Assembly (NCBI GenBank): GCA_050115495.1
Contig: JASFQK010000001.1
Span: 128,001-192,000, forward strand
DNA from: Phycisphaerae bacterium
GTDB taxonomy: Bacteria > Planctomycetota > Phycisphaerae > UBA1845 > Fen-1342
Length of the DNA stretch: 64,000 nt
Direction: 5' to 3'
Shown piece after piece: positions 19,674 through 30,122 of this stretch (its first letter is position 1; the number at the start of each line of letters is the position of its first letter). The notes under the pieces are model-generated. The model saw only the letters and a program-made list of their open reading frames with translations. It made no database searches and was not told where the DNA came from. A program made the translations under genes and the position numbers.

Positions 19674-20828
19674 ATGAAAATCGCGGTACCGAAGGAGATT
19701 CGGGCGGGGGAGCGACGTGTCGGGCTGGTGCCTGAGTCGGTGAAGAAGCTGGTGAAGGCGGGGATCGAAGTCGCCATCGAAGCGGGGGCCGGCGACAGCG
19801 CGTACATACCGGATCGGAATTACGAGGAAGCCGGGGCACGCATCGAGCGCGACCTGGCGACGCTGTTGCGCGAGGCGGACTTCGTGCTGAAGGTTCAGCC
19901 GCCCGTGGCGGACGCGCCGGCCGAGGTGGAGCAGTATCGCGAGGGGGCGATGCTGCTGTGCACGCTGATGCCGACGGTGAACCTGGACGTCGTGCGACAG
20001 CTCGTGTCGCGAAAGATCAGCGCGTTCGCGACGGACTGTATTCCGCGAACGACGCGGGCGCAGTCGATGGACACGTTGAGCTCGATGGCGAACATCGCCG
20101 GCTACAAGGCGGTGCTCATCGCGGCGAACGAGCTGGCGAAGTACTTCCCGATGTTCATGACGGCGGCGGGGACGATCTTCGCGGCGAAGGTGTTCGTGAT
20201 CGGGGCGGGCGTCGCCGGCCTGCAGGCCATCGCCACAGCGCGCCGGTTGGGGGCGACGGTGGTGGCGACGGACACGCGCAAGTCGGTGGGCGAACAGATT
20301 CAGAGTCTGGGCGCGAAGTTCGCCGGCGTGGAGAGCGAAGAGGACGCCGAGACGGCGAGCGGTTACGCGAAGGCGCTGTCGGAGGACTTCTACCGGCGGC
20401 AGGGGCAACTGATCGCCGAGCATTGTGCGGGGAGCGACGTGGTGATCACGACGGCGCTGATCGGCGGCGTGAAGGCGCCGCGGCTGATCACGGCGGAGAT
20501 GGTGAAGGCCATGCAGCCGGGGTCGGTGATCGTGGACCTGGCGGCGACGGCGGGCGGCAACTGCGAGCTCACCGAGCCGGGTAAGACGGTGGAGAAGAAC
20601 GGCGTGAGAATCTGTGCTCCGCTGAACCTGCCGTCGGACATGCCGCTGCACGGGAGTACGTTGTACTCGCGGAACCTGACGACCTTCGTGCTGGAGTTCT
20701 GGAAAGAGGGGGCGTTCAAGCTGGATCCTGAGGATGAGATCATTTCCGGGGCGCTGGTGACGCACGCGGGCGAGGTGCGGCACGAGCCGACGCGCAAGGC
20801 CCTGGGTGGTAGTGAGGCGACATCATGA
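19674..20828 (+). CDS. pntA: NAD(P) transhydrogenase alpha subunit part 1
   Basis: MKIAVPKE..GERRV, RAQSMDTLSSMANIAGYKAV, GAGVAGLQAI, GGNCELT. Confidence 0.95.
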   Translation: MKIAVPKEIRAGERRVGLVPESVKKLVKAGIEVAIEAGAGDSAYIPDRNYEEAGARIERDLATLLREADFVLKVQPPVADAPAEVEQYREGAMLLCTLMPTVNLDVVRQLVSRKISAFATDCIPRTTRAQSMDTLSSMANIAGYKAVLIAANELAKYFPMFMTAAGTIFAAKVFVIGAGVAGLQAIATARRLGATVVATDTRKSVGEQIQSLGAKFAGVESEEDAETASGYAKALSEDFYRRQGQLIAEHCAGSDVVITTALIGGVKAPRLITAEMVKAMQPGSVIVDLAATAGGNCELTEPGKTVEKNGVRICAPLNLPSDMPLHGSTLYSRNLTTFVLEFWKEGAFKLDPEDEIISGALVTHAGEVRHEPTRKALGGSEATS

Positions 20829-21136
20829 CGTGGTTACTGGCCGAAGGGGGAGACATACTGGGTCCATTGTCGACGCACCTGGTGGTGTTCCTGTTGGCGA
20901 TTCTGCTCGGCTTCGAGGTGATCTCGAAGGTGCCGGCGACGCTGCACACACCGCTGATGTCGGGGTCAAACGCGATCTCGGGCATCACCATCGTCGGGGC
21001 GCTGGTGATTGCCAGCGTCAGCGTGGGCTGGGTGCGCTACGTGTTCGGCTTCCTGGCGATGGTGTTCGCCACGATCAACGTGGTGGGCGGGTTCATGGTG
21101 ACCGACCGCATGTTGGCGATGTTCAAGAAGAGATAG
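20825..21136 (+). CDS. NAD(P) transhydrogenase alpha subunit part 2
   Basis: VPATLHTPLMSGSNAISG, INVVGGFMVTDRMLAMF. Confidence 0.95.
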   Translation: MTWLLAEGGDILGPLSTHLVVFLLAILLGFEVISKVPATLHTPLMSGSNAISGITIVGALVIASVSVGWVRYVFGFLAMVFATINVVGGFMVTDRMLAMFKKR

Positions 21137-21146
21137 GAGGGCGAGC

Positions 21147-22619
21147 ATGACGGTAGCGATGATGCTGACGACGATGCTGGCCCAGGCGACGAGCGAACCG
21201 GCGACGATGCCGGCCGCGACCGGTGGGGCACGCGTCTTCTTCGTGAACCTGATCTACGCGGTGTCCGCGATCTTCTTCGTGTTTGGTTTGAAGATGCTGT
21301 CGTCGCCGCGGACGGCGCGGAAAGGCAATCTCGTGGCGGCGATCGGCATGCTGATCGCCGTGGTGACCACGCTGGCCAGCGAGGTAGGGTTGGACTGGGG
21401 CGTGATCATCGCCGGCCTGGTGGTCGGCGCAGCGGTGGGCGGCTACGCGGCGCGGGCCGTGCCGATGACGGGGATGCCGGAGATGGTGGCCCTGTTCAAC
21501 GGCTCAGGCGGTCTGGCGTCGGCGGTGGTGGCGATGGCGGAGTATTGGCAGAAGGGCCTGTCGACGCATCTGCTGGACGCTCGGATCACGATTTCGCTGA
21601 CGCTATTGATCGGTATGGTGACGTTCACCGGCAGCGTGGTGGCCTTCGGGAAGCTGCGCGGGTTGACGGTGGCCGGCGTGCGGCTGGGCAATCCGCTGAC
21701 GTTCCCGTGGCAGCATCCGCTGAACCTGGCGATGATCCTGGTCGTGGTGCTGCTGGGCGTGGCGGTGGCGATGAACCCGACGGCGTGGTGGGCGGTGGTA
21801 CTCATCATCCTGCTGGCCGGGGTGCTGGGCGTGCTGATCACGGTGCCGATCGGCGGGGCGGACATGCCGGTGGTCGTGTCGCTGCTGAACTCGTATTCGG
21901 GTCTGGCGGCGTGCGCGGCGGGCTTCGTGCTGCACAACACCGGGCTCATCATCAGCGGCTCGCTAGTCGGGGCGTCGGGATTGATCCTGACGAAGATCAT
22001 GTGCAAGGCCATGAACCGTTCGCTGATCAACGTGATGGCCGGCGGGTTTGGCCAGGACATCTCGGCGGCGGGCGCGACCACCGGCGGCGATCGGACCGTC
22101 CGGCAGATGGACGCCGAAGAGGCGGCCATGGTGCTCGAAGACGCCCAGACCGTATTCATCATTCCGGGTTACGGCATGGCCGTGGCCCAGGCGCAGCACG
22201 CCGTGGCGGAGATGGCGGCGCAGCTCGGCAAGCGCGGCGTGACGGTGAAGTATGGTGTGCACCCGGTCGCGGGCCGCATGCCGGGGCACATGAACGTGCT
22301 GCTGGCCGAGGCGAACGTGCCGTACGAGCAACTGGCCGACCTCGAGTTGAACTCGGAGATCGAGCGCTGCGACGTCGCCCTGGTCATCGGGGCGAACGAC
22401 GTGGTGAACCCCGACGCCCGGCGGCAGGGCAGCCAGATCTACGGCATGCCCATCTTCGACGTCGACAAGGCCCGGACGGTGATGGTCTGCAAGCGCAGCC
22501 TCAACCCTGGTTTTGCCGGCATCGAGAACCCGCTGTTCTTCCTGCCGAACACGGTGATGCTGTTCGGCGACGCGAAGAAGATGGTGAGCGAGATCGTCAA
22601 CGAGCTGAAGGCGGATTGA
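21147..22619 (+). CDS. pntB: NAD(P) transhydrogenase beta subunit
   Basis: IGGADMPVVVSLLNSYSG, MCKAMNRS, GYGMAVAQAQH, HPVAGRMPGHMNVLLAEA. Confidence 0.96.
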   Translation: MTVAMMLTTMLAQATSEPATMPAATGGARVFFVNLIYAVSAIFFVFGLKMLSSPRTARKGNLVAAIGMLIAVVTTLASEVGLDWGVIIAGLVVGAAVGGYAARAVPMTGMPEMVALFNGSGGLASAVVAMAEYWQKGLSTHLLDARITISLTLLIGMVTFTGSVVAFGKLRGLTVAGVRLGNPLTFPWQHPLNLAMILVVVLLGVAVAMNPTAWWAVVLIILLAGVLGVLITVPIGGADMPVVVSLLNSYSGLAACAAGFVLHNTGLIISGSLVGASGLILTKIMCKAMNRSLINVMAGGFGQDISAAGATTGGDRTVRQMDAEEAAMVLEDAQTVFIIPGYGMAVAQAQHAVAEMAAQLGKRGVTVKYGVHPVAGRMPGHMNVLLAEANVPYEQLADLELNSEIERCDVALVIGANDVVNPDARRQGSQIYGMPIFDVDKARTVMVCKRSLNPGFAGIENPLFFLPNTVMLFGDAKKMVSEIVNELKAD

Positions 22620-22753
22620 CCGCCGGCCGGGCGCCGGCGGACGGGGGTTTGACAGGGTTCGTGGCGGGGGCCGCAGGGGCTGTGCGCCACCATTTCAGAC
22701 GCTCGCGGAACGGGTCGATAGAGCCGGGGTCAGGCGCGAAGAGCGGTAATGCG

Positions 22754-23545
22754 ATGACTCTGGACCTGGAAGATCTGCTGGCTGATTGGGTGTGCCCCGC
22801 GGGCGAGATTTGCGCCCGCATGGTGGTCGGCCGCGACGGGGCGGAACTGCTGCAATTGCGGGTGGACCTGGGCGTAATGCAGATGTTTCCGGACGGTGGT
22901 CCGGACGGCCGCCGGTATGGCGGGCTGCCGACGGTGCTGGACTACATCCGGCATGAGTTGCGCTTGTCGGACGGCGAGGTACGGGAGGAGGATTGGCAGG
23001 AGCTGGAGCGGGAACTTCACCAGACGAACTATCGGCGGCTGGCCCTGTCCAGCTTGGCCGAAGATGCGCTGGGACGGAACGAGGTGGACGAGGCGATCGA
23101 CCACCTGACGCGGGCCCGGCGGGACACGGGGGCCTGCCTGGAGATGCTGCGGGTGGCCGCGGAGAACGACGGCGCTTTCGGGCGGGCGAGCCTGGCCCTG
23201 CGGCCGACGCTGGTGTTCCACCACGGGCGCCTGCTCGTGCAGTTGCGGATCACCGAGGCGCTGTACGAGGAGGCCGTCGAGGCGGCCGGGCAGGCCGCGG
23301 ACGAACTGGCCGAACTGCTGACCGACCTCGGCTTCGACGACGAGCAGGGCGAGCAGGATCCGGGCGTGGTGTTCCTGCGGGATCTGGAGCAGCGATTGCG
23401 GCGGGAGTACGGGATCTCGGAGACGCTGCGCGAGCGACTGGCAGTGGCGATTGAGCAGGAGGACTTCGAGGCGGCGGCGCGTCTACGCGACGAGCTGCGC
23501 CGGCGGAGCCTGGGCGAAGCAACGGAAGGGGACGACCTGGACTAG
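22754..23545 (+). CDS. hypothetical protein with C-terminal UvrB/UvrC (UVR) motif
   Basis: LQLRVDLGVMQM...GPDG, LAVAIEQEDFEAAARLRDEL. Confidence 0.8.
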   Translation: MTLDLEDLLADWVCPAGEICARMVVGRDGAELLQLRVDLGVMQMFPDGGPDGRRYGGLPTVLDYIRHELRLSDGEVREEDWQELERELHQTNYRRLALSSLAEDALGRNEVDEAIDHLTRARRDTGACLEMLRVAAENDGAFGRASLALRPTLVFHHGRLLVQLRITEALYEEAVEAAGQAADELAELLTDLGFDDEQGEQDPGVVFLRDLEQRLRREYGISETLRERLAVAIEQEDFEAAARLRDELRRRSLGEATEGDDLD

Positions 23546-23678
23546 CAGGTCACGCGGGGGAGCATCAGCGCAAAACAAGACTGGGCCGTACAGCGGCGTT
23601 GCGCGAGCAGGGAGAGCGGAGCAACAGGCCGCGGGCGGCGCCCGCCGGTGGGACAGGCGCCGCGCGGCCGAAGTCCGA

Positions 23679-24023
23679 CTAGCAGACCATGTCCTTGAGG
23701 CCCTTGAGCGGGCGGATGCGGACGACCTTGCGCGAGGGCTTGGCCTTGAACATCATCTCCTCGCCGGTGCGGGGATTGATGCCCTTGCGCGCCTTGGTGG
23801 CCGGCTTGACGACGACCTTGACCTTCATGAGGCCGGGGACGGTGAAGATCTTGGGGCCTTTGGTGAGGTCCTTCTTGATCATACCGGTCATGCCGTCGAA
23901 GACTGCGGCGACCTGCTTGCGGGTGATGCCGACGGATTCGGCCAGTTCCCCGAAAATGGCCGACTTCGTACGGGGCTTGCTGGCGGCGGTCTTCTTGGCC
24001 GCCTTCTTGGTTGCCTTCGCCAT
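23679..24023 (-). CDS. HU family DNA-binding protein with Lys/Ala-rich N-tail
   Basis: TKSAIFGELAESVG, KPATKARKGINPRTGEEM..KAKP..VVRIRPLKGLKD. Confidence 0.92.
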   Translation of the reverse strand: MAKATKKAAKKTAASKPRTKSAIFGELAESVGITRKQVAAVFDGMTGMIKKDLTKGPKIFTVPGLMKVKVVVKPATKARKGINPRTGEEMMFKAKPSRKVVRIRPLKGLKDMVC

Positions 24024-24284
24024 CCTTGCTGTTCCTCCGGGACAGGGCGAGTGTACCTGGCGAACTCGCTGTCCGCTTGTGAATCCTGCCTGTCGGAGGC
24101 GGCGGAACATGCCGGAGGGCGCACACCCATCCGTCGCCGACCTCAACAGGGCCAGGCCGCGCCACAAACGATTGATTTCACTGCGGCAACTTCTGGCTCA
24201 GTTTTGCCGCGGCGTCAAGGGGTCTGACGCGGAAACCGGCCGGAAACGACGATTTTTTCGGGAAATGCGGTGGCGGCGGGTCGC

Positions 24285-25406
24285 TTAGGTGCTGCGCCGG
24301 CGGGGACGGCGCGGTGCCCGCTTGCGTCGGATGCGCGTCGGGTGAAGCGGTTCCGGGACGGCCGGGACCGGCTCCGCGTTCACGGTATCGAGCAGACGGC
24401 GCAGGCCGGCGAAGCTGCGGCGGTCGAAATGCAGGCGCAGGTGCGGCAGTTCGGCGAAGCGGGGGTCGTCCTCGGGCAGCCCGAGGTGCTGCTCGATGTG
24501 GCCGTCGACCAGCAGGCCGCCGTACTCGTCGTTGAGGAGGGTCAGCGTATTGGGGGAAACGGGCCGTTGCAGGCGGAGGATCAGGTCGTCGCGGACGTAG
24601 CGCATCGAGTGGTAGACGCGGTAGAAGTCGCGGATGACGCGGACGGCCTTTTCGACGTCGTCGGTGATGTGGAACAGGTTCAGGTCGCCGGGATCGATCA
24701 TCCCGCCGCGGGCGAGTTCCGCGGCGACGTAGGCGCGCCACTGGAGCCAGTAGGTGCCGCCCGGCTGTTCGACCATGACGATGGGGATCATGGGAGCCTT
24801 TCCGGTCTGGATGAGGGTGAGGGCCTCGAAGCCCTCGTCCTGCGTGCCGAAGCCACCGGGGAAGAGGACGACGGCGGAGGCCTCCTTGATGAAGATGAGT
24901 TTACGGGTGAAGAAGTAGCGGAAGTTGACGAGCTTGCTGTCGGCGGCGATGACGGTGTTGGTCTTCTGTTCGAAGGGCAGGCGGATGGCGACGCCGAAGC
25001 TGGCCTGCCTGCCGGCGCCGTGGTGGCCGGCCTTCATGATGCCGTCGCCGGCCCCGGTGATAACCATCCAGTTGTTCTCGCACATGCGGCGGGCGAACTC
25101 GACGGCGGCGAGATAGTCGGGGTGGTCTTCGGGCGTGCGGCTGGAGCCGAAGATGCTGACCTTGCGGATGTGCGTGTAGGGGGTGAAGACCTTCAGGGCA
25201 TAGCGCAGCTCGGCCAGGGCCCGGCTGAGCAGCTTGACGTCGCCGCGGCCGGCCTTGTCGCGGGCCAGGCGGCAGAGCGTGGCCAGCATCTCGGCGAAGA
25301 GGTGCTGGTTCTCGCCGGCGAAGTAGCGGGCGGAGAAATCGGCGATGGCGGCGTCGCGCTCAGCGCGAGAGGCGGCGACGGACAGTGGTTCCGCGCGTTC
25401 GGGCAC
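24285..25406 (-). CDS. LOG family (TIGR00730) Rossmann-fold protein
   Basis: VSIFGSSR, ITGAGDGIM, LPFEQ, YFFTRK, PGGFGTQDE. Confidence 0.92.
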   Translation of the reverse strand: MPERAEPLSVAASRAERDAAIADFSARYFAGENQHLFAEMLATLCRLARDKAGRGDVKLLSRALAELRYALKVFTPYTHIRKVSIFGSSRTPEDHPDYLAAVEFARRMCENNWMVITGAGDGIMKAGHHGAGRQASFGVAIRLPFEQKTNTVIAADSKLVNFRYFFTRKLIFIKEASAVVLFPGGFGTQDEGFEALTLIQTGKAPMIPIVMVEQPGGTYWLQWRAYVAAELARGGMIDPGDLNLFHITDDVEKAVRVIRDFYRVYHSMRYVRDDLILRLQRPVSPNTLTLLNDEYGGLLVDGHIEQHLGLPEDDPRFAELPHLRLHFDRRSFAGLRRLLDTVNAEPVPAVPEPLHPTRIRRKRAPRRPRRRST

Positions 25407-25506
25407 GGCTTGCTCCTGGATCGTAAACTGGGTTGGGCGCGTCGAAACCGCCCGTGGAAGCGGATTCTACGTTCGTGTCGGGAGTTGCGAAATCGCCGTC
25501 GGCGGA

Positions 25507-25536
25507 TTGACAGCCTTGCCTAAGCTGTTCTAGCAT
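25507..25536 (+). promoter_or_regulatory. putative promoter of GT2 gene
   Basis: TTGACA-N18-TAGCAT; overlapped by near-match dyad TAAG-N17-CTTT (25521-25545). Confidence 0.55.
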
Positions 25537-25575
25537 AAGCTCTTTCGATCGTGGAAGGCTGAACGTCTCGGCGCG

Positions 25576-27117
25576 GTGGGTACGTTCATGGACTGGGCGT
25601 CACTAAGTTCGTTCACACTAATGGCTTACCTCATTGTGTTGAGCCTGGTGTGCATTTACGGTGTGCACCGGTACTTCCTGGTCATGCTGTATTACGGGGT
25701 GAAACGCCGCGGGCCGAGGGTCCAGCGAGAATTTTCTGACCTCCCCCCAGTGACCGTCCAGTTGCCGATGTTCAACGAGCGGTATGTGGCTCGGCGGATC
25801 ATCGAGGCGGCCTGCCAGATCGACTATCCCCGTGACCGCTTGCAGATCCAGGTGCTGGACGATTCGACGGACGACACGCAGGAGATCGCCCGGGAGACGG
25901 TCGATCGGCTGCGGGCCGCCGGCCACGACGTCGTCTACCGGCACCGGGACAACCGTGTCGGCTACAAGGCCGGCGCCCTGGAAGAGGGTACGCGCGAGGC
26001 CACCGGCGAGTTCATCGCCATCTTCGACGCCGACTTCCTGCCGCCGGCGGAAATCCTCCGGCGGACCATCCACCACTTCACGGATAAGAGGGTGGGGATG
26101 GTGCAGACCCGCTGGGCGCACCTGAACCGTGATATCTCCGTGCTGACCGAGGCCCAGGCCGTACTGCTGGACGGGCACTTCGTCATCGAGCACACCGCCC
26201 GCAACCGCTCCGGCCGCTTCATGAGCTTCAACGGCACCGCCGGCATCTGGCGCAAGTCGACGATCGCCGCCGCCGGCGGCTGGCAGCACGACACGCTGAC
26301 CGAGGACCTGGATCTTTCGTACCGGGCTCAACTCGGCGGGTGGAAGTTCGTCTTTCTGCCCGAGCTGACCTCGCCGGCGGAACTCCCGCCGGAGATGAAT
26401 GCTTTCAAGGCCCAGCAGCACCGTTGGACGAAGGGCGGGGCACAGACCTGCCGCAAGCTGCTGCCGAAGGTCCTGTGGAGCAGGTCGCCCTGGCGCGTGA
26501 AGCTGGAGGCTTTCTTCCATCTGACCAGTTGGGTCGTGTACATCCTGATCGTGGTGCTGAGCCTGCTGATCGGGCCAGCGATGTACGCCAAGTTGCTCGA
26601 CAAGACCCAGCAGCCGGTCTGGCAGACGGCCCTCGAGTTCGTGCTGTTCATCGTCGGCTTCGGCTCGGGCCTGCTCTTCTACGTGTGCAGCCAGCGCGAG
26701 TTGCGGCGGTCGTGGTACCAGAGCACGAAATACGTCCCGGCGCTGATGGCCGTGGGCATCGGTATCGCCTTCAACAACGCCATCGCCGCCGTCGAGGCCT
26801 TCGTGACGAAGACCGGCGAGTTCGTGCGGACGCCGAAGTTCGGGGAGGAGGCCGGCAAGGGTGGCCGGTGGCGGAATCGGATCGGCAGCTTCCGGCACCG
26901 CAAGAGCTGGCAGACCTGGGCGGAGCTGGGTATGGCCCTCTACCTGACGGCGTGCCTGGTGGGCCTGTTCTTCTTCGATGACTGGTTCAAGCGGATTTCG
27001 GCGGCGATTCCGTTTCTGCTGGTCTTCATTGGCGGGTATTACTACGTGTCGATCCAGACGCTATATACGCAGTGGGCGTCGCGGCGGGAGGCGTCGCGGG
27101 CGGCCGCCGCCGGCTGA
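25576..27117 (+). CDS. GT2 processive glycosyltransferase (cellulose-synthase-like)
   Basis: QLPMFNE, DDSTD, GYKAGAL, FDADF, TEDLDLS, QQHRW; TM helices. Confidence 0.92.
   Translation: MGTFMDWASLSSFTLMAYLIVLSLVCIYGVHRYFLVMLYYGVKRRGPRVQREFSDLPPVTVQLPMFNERYVARRIIEAACQIDYPRDRLQIQVLDDSTDDTQEIARETVDRLRAAGHDVVYRHRDNRVGYKAGALEEGTREATGEFIAIFDADFLPPAEILRRTIHHFTDKRVGMVQTRWAHLNRDISVLTEAQAVLLDGHFVIEHTARNRSGRFMSFNGTAGIWRKSTIAAAGGWQHDTLTEDLDLSYRAQLGGWKFVFLPELTSPAELPPEMNAFKAQQHRWTKGGAQTCRKLLPKVLWSRSPWRVKLEAFFHLTSWVVYILIVVLSLLIGPAMYAKLLDKTQQPVWQTALEFVLFIVGFGSGLLFYVCSQRELRRSWYQSTKYVPALMAVGIGIAFNNAIAAVEAFVTKTGEFVRTPKFGEEAGKGGRWRNRIGSFRHRKSWQTWAELGMALYLTACLVGLFFFDDWFKRISAAIPFLLVFIGGYYYVSIQTLYTQWASRREASRAAAAG
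25604..25628. repeat. TAAR-N17-YTTA dyad, copy 5 (intragenic, 5' end of GT2)
   Basis: TAAGTTCGTTCACACTAATGGCTTA with rare codons CTA AGT ACA CTA GCT. Confidence 0.65.
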
Positions 27118-27271
27118 TCCGGGTTCCCCGGGGGGTTCACCGAGGCGAGTTGGGGGGAAAATGTGCAAGCGGGGCGCGAGCCGACTAGAATACATATTAA
27201 TCAGGGTGTGGCGCGGGGCGCGGTCGCCGCGCCCGTAGCAGGGCCCGCAATTCCGGTTTCGGTGCCGACGG

Positions 27272-30064
27272 ATGAGCGCGCAGGCAGATCTGCCCAACTC
27301 GACCAACCTCGCTTTTGTCGAGCAGCTTTACGCGGAATACGTGCGTGATCCGGCGGCGGTAGAGCCCCGCTGGCGGGCGTATTTCGACAGTCTCGGTGAC
27401 GGCGTCGATGGACGGCCGCCCCGGCTGGGGCCCTCGTTCCAGCCGAGCAGCCTGTTCAATCCGCCGGGGGGCCGGGCAGACGCGGCGGTGGTGGTGCCGC
27501 TCGGGCCGAAGGTGCTCCAGGACCGTGTCGACCAGTTGGTGCGGGCGTACCGGGTGCGTGGGCACAAGGCGGCCCTGCTGGACCCGCTGGCCCGGCCGCG
27601 ACCCCACCGGCCCGAGCTCGAGCCGGGATTCTACGGCTTCTCCGAGGCCGACCTGGGCCGGCCGTTTTCGAGCCGTACGATCTCGGGGGCGGGCGTGCGG
27701 ACGCTGGGGGAGATCCTCGCCTTGCTTCAGGCCACGTACTGCGGGGCGATCGGCGTGCAGTTCATGCACATCGACGACTATGTCTCGCGGCACTGGTTGC
27801 AGGAGCGGATGGAGGCCACGCAGAACCGCCTCAGCCTGACCCGCGAAGAGCAGCTTCGCATCCTCACCCGCCTGACCGACGCGGTCATGTTTGAGGAGTT
27901 CATTCAGAAGAAGTACATCGGGGCCAAGCGCTTCTCGCTCGAAGGCGGAGAGAGCCTCATCCCGCTGCTGGACCTGGCCATCGGGCGGGCCTGCGAGCAG
28001 GGGATCGAAGAGATCGTGCTCGGCATGGCCCACCGTGGTCGGCTGAACGTCCTGGCCAACATCCTCGGCAAGAGCCCGCGGCTGATCTTCCGTGAGTTCG
28101 AGGACCGCGACCCGCGTTTGCACACGGGCAAGGGCGACGTGAAGTACCACCTCGGCTACCACGGCGACTGGACCACGCCGTGCGGGCGGAAGATGCACCT
28201 GGCCCTGGCGTTCAACCCAAGCCACCTCGAGTTCGTGAACCCGGTCGTGCTGGGCCGCTGCCGGGCGAAGCAGGATCGGCTGGGCGATCCGCAACGGTGC
28301 ATGTCGTTGCTGATCCACGGTGATGCGGCATTCGCCGGCGAGGGCGTCGTTCAGGAGACGTTGAACCTGAGCGAACTGGGTGCCTACCGCGTGGGCGGCA
28401 CACTGCACGTTGTCGTGAATAACCAGATCGGCTTCACGACCGACCCCTCCCAGGGCCGGTCGAGCACCTACGCCACCGATGTGGCCAAGATGCTGCAAAG
28501 CCCCATCGTGCACGTCAACGGTGAGGACCCGGTGGCGGTGGCGACGGCGGTGCGGCTGGCCATGGACTTTCGGCAGGAGTTCCACCGCGACGTGGTCGTG
28601 GACATGTACTGCTATCGCCGGCACGGGCACAACGAGGGCGACGAGCCGGCGTTCACGCAGCCGGCCCTCTATCGAGCCATCGAGCAGCGCAAGTCGGTCC
28701 GCGACGGCTACCTGGACAACCTGCTCAAGCTGGGCGAGGTGAGCCAGCAGGAGGCGGACGAAATCGCGGCCCATCGGCGGGCACTGCTGGAAGAAGAGTT
28801 ATCGGGCGCTAAGCGATCGTCGCCGGAGCCGACGGCCCGACCGAGCATGCTGGGCGAGGTCTGGAGCGCGTTTCGGGGCGGGTCGGACGCCGAAGTGCCC
28901 GACGTGGATACGGCGGTGCCGGCTGAGCGGCTGGTTGAGCTGATCGGTCGGATGACGCGCGTCCCGGACGGGTTCCGACTGCTGACGAAGGCGCAGCGCC
29001 TGCTGGGTCTGCGGCAGAGCATGGCGCGTGGCGAGCATCCGGTTGACTGGGCCGTGGCCGAACTGCTGGTCCTGTCCAGCCTGGCGACGGAGGGGACGCG
29101 CGTGCGGCTCACCGGGCAGGACAGCGAGCGGGGCACGTTCAGCCACCGGCACGCGGTCTGGCACGATTTCGAGACCGGTGAGGCGCGTTACCCGCTCCAG
29201 CATATCGAGTCCGGGCAGGCCCCGGTCGAGATCCACAACAGCCCGCTGTCGGAGGTGGCGGTGCTCGGCTTCGAGCACGGCTACAGCATCGGCTATCCCG
29301 ATGCGCTCGTGATGTGGGAGGCGCAGTTCGGCGACTTCAACAACGTGGCCCAGGTCATCATCGACCAGTTCATCGTCAGCGCCGAGGACAAGTGGCACAG
29401 CCTGAGCGGGCTCGTGCTGCTATTGCCGCACGGGTTCGAGGGGCAGGGGCCCGAGCATTCGAGCGCTCGGCCCGAACGCTTCCTGATGATGGCGGCCGAC
29501 GACAACATCCAGGTGGCGATGCCGTCGACGCCGGCGCAGTACTTCCATCTGCTTCGGCGGCAGGTGCGGCGTCCGTGGCGCAAGCCGCTGATCGTGATGA
29601 CGCCGAAGAGCCTGCTGCGGCACGCCCGTTGCGTGTCGAGCCTGGCGGAGTTGGCGACGGGGCGGTTCCAGCGAATCCTGCCGGATGACCTGGCGCGGAA
29701 GGATCCGCCGAAGCGCGTGCTGCTGTGCAGCGGCAAGATCTACTACGAGCTGCACCAGGAGCGGGCGGACCGCGGGCGCGACGATGTGGCCATCGTGCGG
29801 GTTGAGCAGTTGTACCCGCTGGCGAGTGAGGCGCTGGCGGCGGCGCTGGCCGACTGCCCCGACGGCACCGAGGTCTGGTGGGTGCAGGAAGAGCCAGAGA
29901 ACATGGGCGCCTGGCGTCACATCTACTACACATATGCGGAGACGGCGCTGAAGCGGTTCGCCCTGGGGCGCGTGTGCCGGCCGGCATCGGCCAGCCCGGC
30001 GACCGGATCGAGCGCGCGGCACAAGCAGGAGCAGCAGGAGCTGCTGGCGCGGGCGCTGAGCTAG
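27272..30064 (+). CDS. sucA: 2-oxoglutarate dehydrogenase E1
   Basis: KRFSLEGGE, GMAHRGRLN, GDVKYHLG, HGDAAFAGEG, WEAQFGDF, GPEHSSAR. Confidence 0.97.
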   Translation: MSAQADLPNSTNLAFVEQLYAEYVRDPAAVEPRWRAYFDSLGDGVDGRPPRLGPSFQPSSLFNPPGGRADAAVVVPLGPKVLQDRVDQLVRAYRVRGHKAALLDPLARPRPHRPELEPGFYGFSEADLGRPFSSRTISGAGVRTLGEILALLQATYCGAIGVQFMHIDDYVSRHWLQERMEATQNRLSLTREEQLRILTRLTDAVMFEEFIQKKYIGAKRFSLEGGESLIPLLDLAIGRACEQGIEEIVLGMAHRGRLNVLANILGKSPRLIFREFEDRDPRLHTGKGDVKYHLGYHGDWTTPCGRKMHLALAFNPSHLEFVNPVVLGRCRAKQDRLGDPQRCMSLLIHGDAAFAGEGVVQETLNLSELGAYRVGGTLHVVVNNQIGFTTDPSQGRSSTYATDVAKMLQSPIVHVNGEDPVAVATAVRLAMDFRQEFHRDVVVDMYCYRRHGHNEGDEPAFTQPALYRAIEQRKSVRDGYLDNLLKLGEVSQQEADEIAAHRRALLEEELSGAKRSSPEPTARPSMLGEVWSAFRGGSDAEVPDVDTAVPAERLVELIGRMTRVPDGFRLLTKAQRLLGLRQSMARGEHPVDWAVAELLVLSSLATEGTRVRLTGQDSERGTFSHRHAVWHDFETGEARYPLQHIESGQAPVEIHNSPLSEVAVLGFEHGYSIGYPDALVMWEAQFGDFNNVAQVIIDQFIVSAEDKWHSLSGLVLLLPHGFEGQGPEHSSARPERFLMMAADDNIQVAMPSTPAQYFHLLRRQVRRPWRKPLIVMTPKSLLRHARCVSSLAELATGRFQRILPDDLARKDPPKRVLLCSGKIYYELHQERADRGRDDVAIVRVEQLYPLASEALAAALADCPDGTEVWWVQEEPENMGAWRHIYYTYAETALKRFALGRVCRPASASPATGSSARHKQEQQELLARALS

Positions 30065-30122
30065 CGGTGGCGAGGTCGGCGGCGCGGCCGGCCGAACGAC
30101 GTAGCTGAACCAACACGGGAAC

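Noticed and set aside
27197..28774. Long antisense ORFs (also 4192-5436, 18236-19807, 42784-44340, 58400-60124)
   Set aside because: Mirror frames of well-supported genes, caused by GC codon bias
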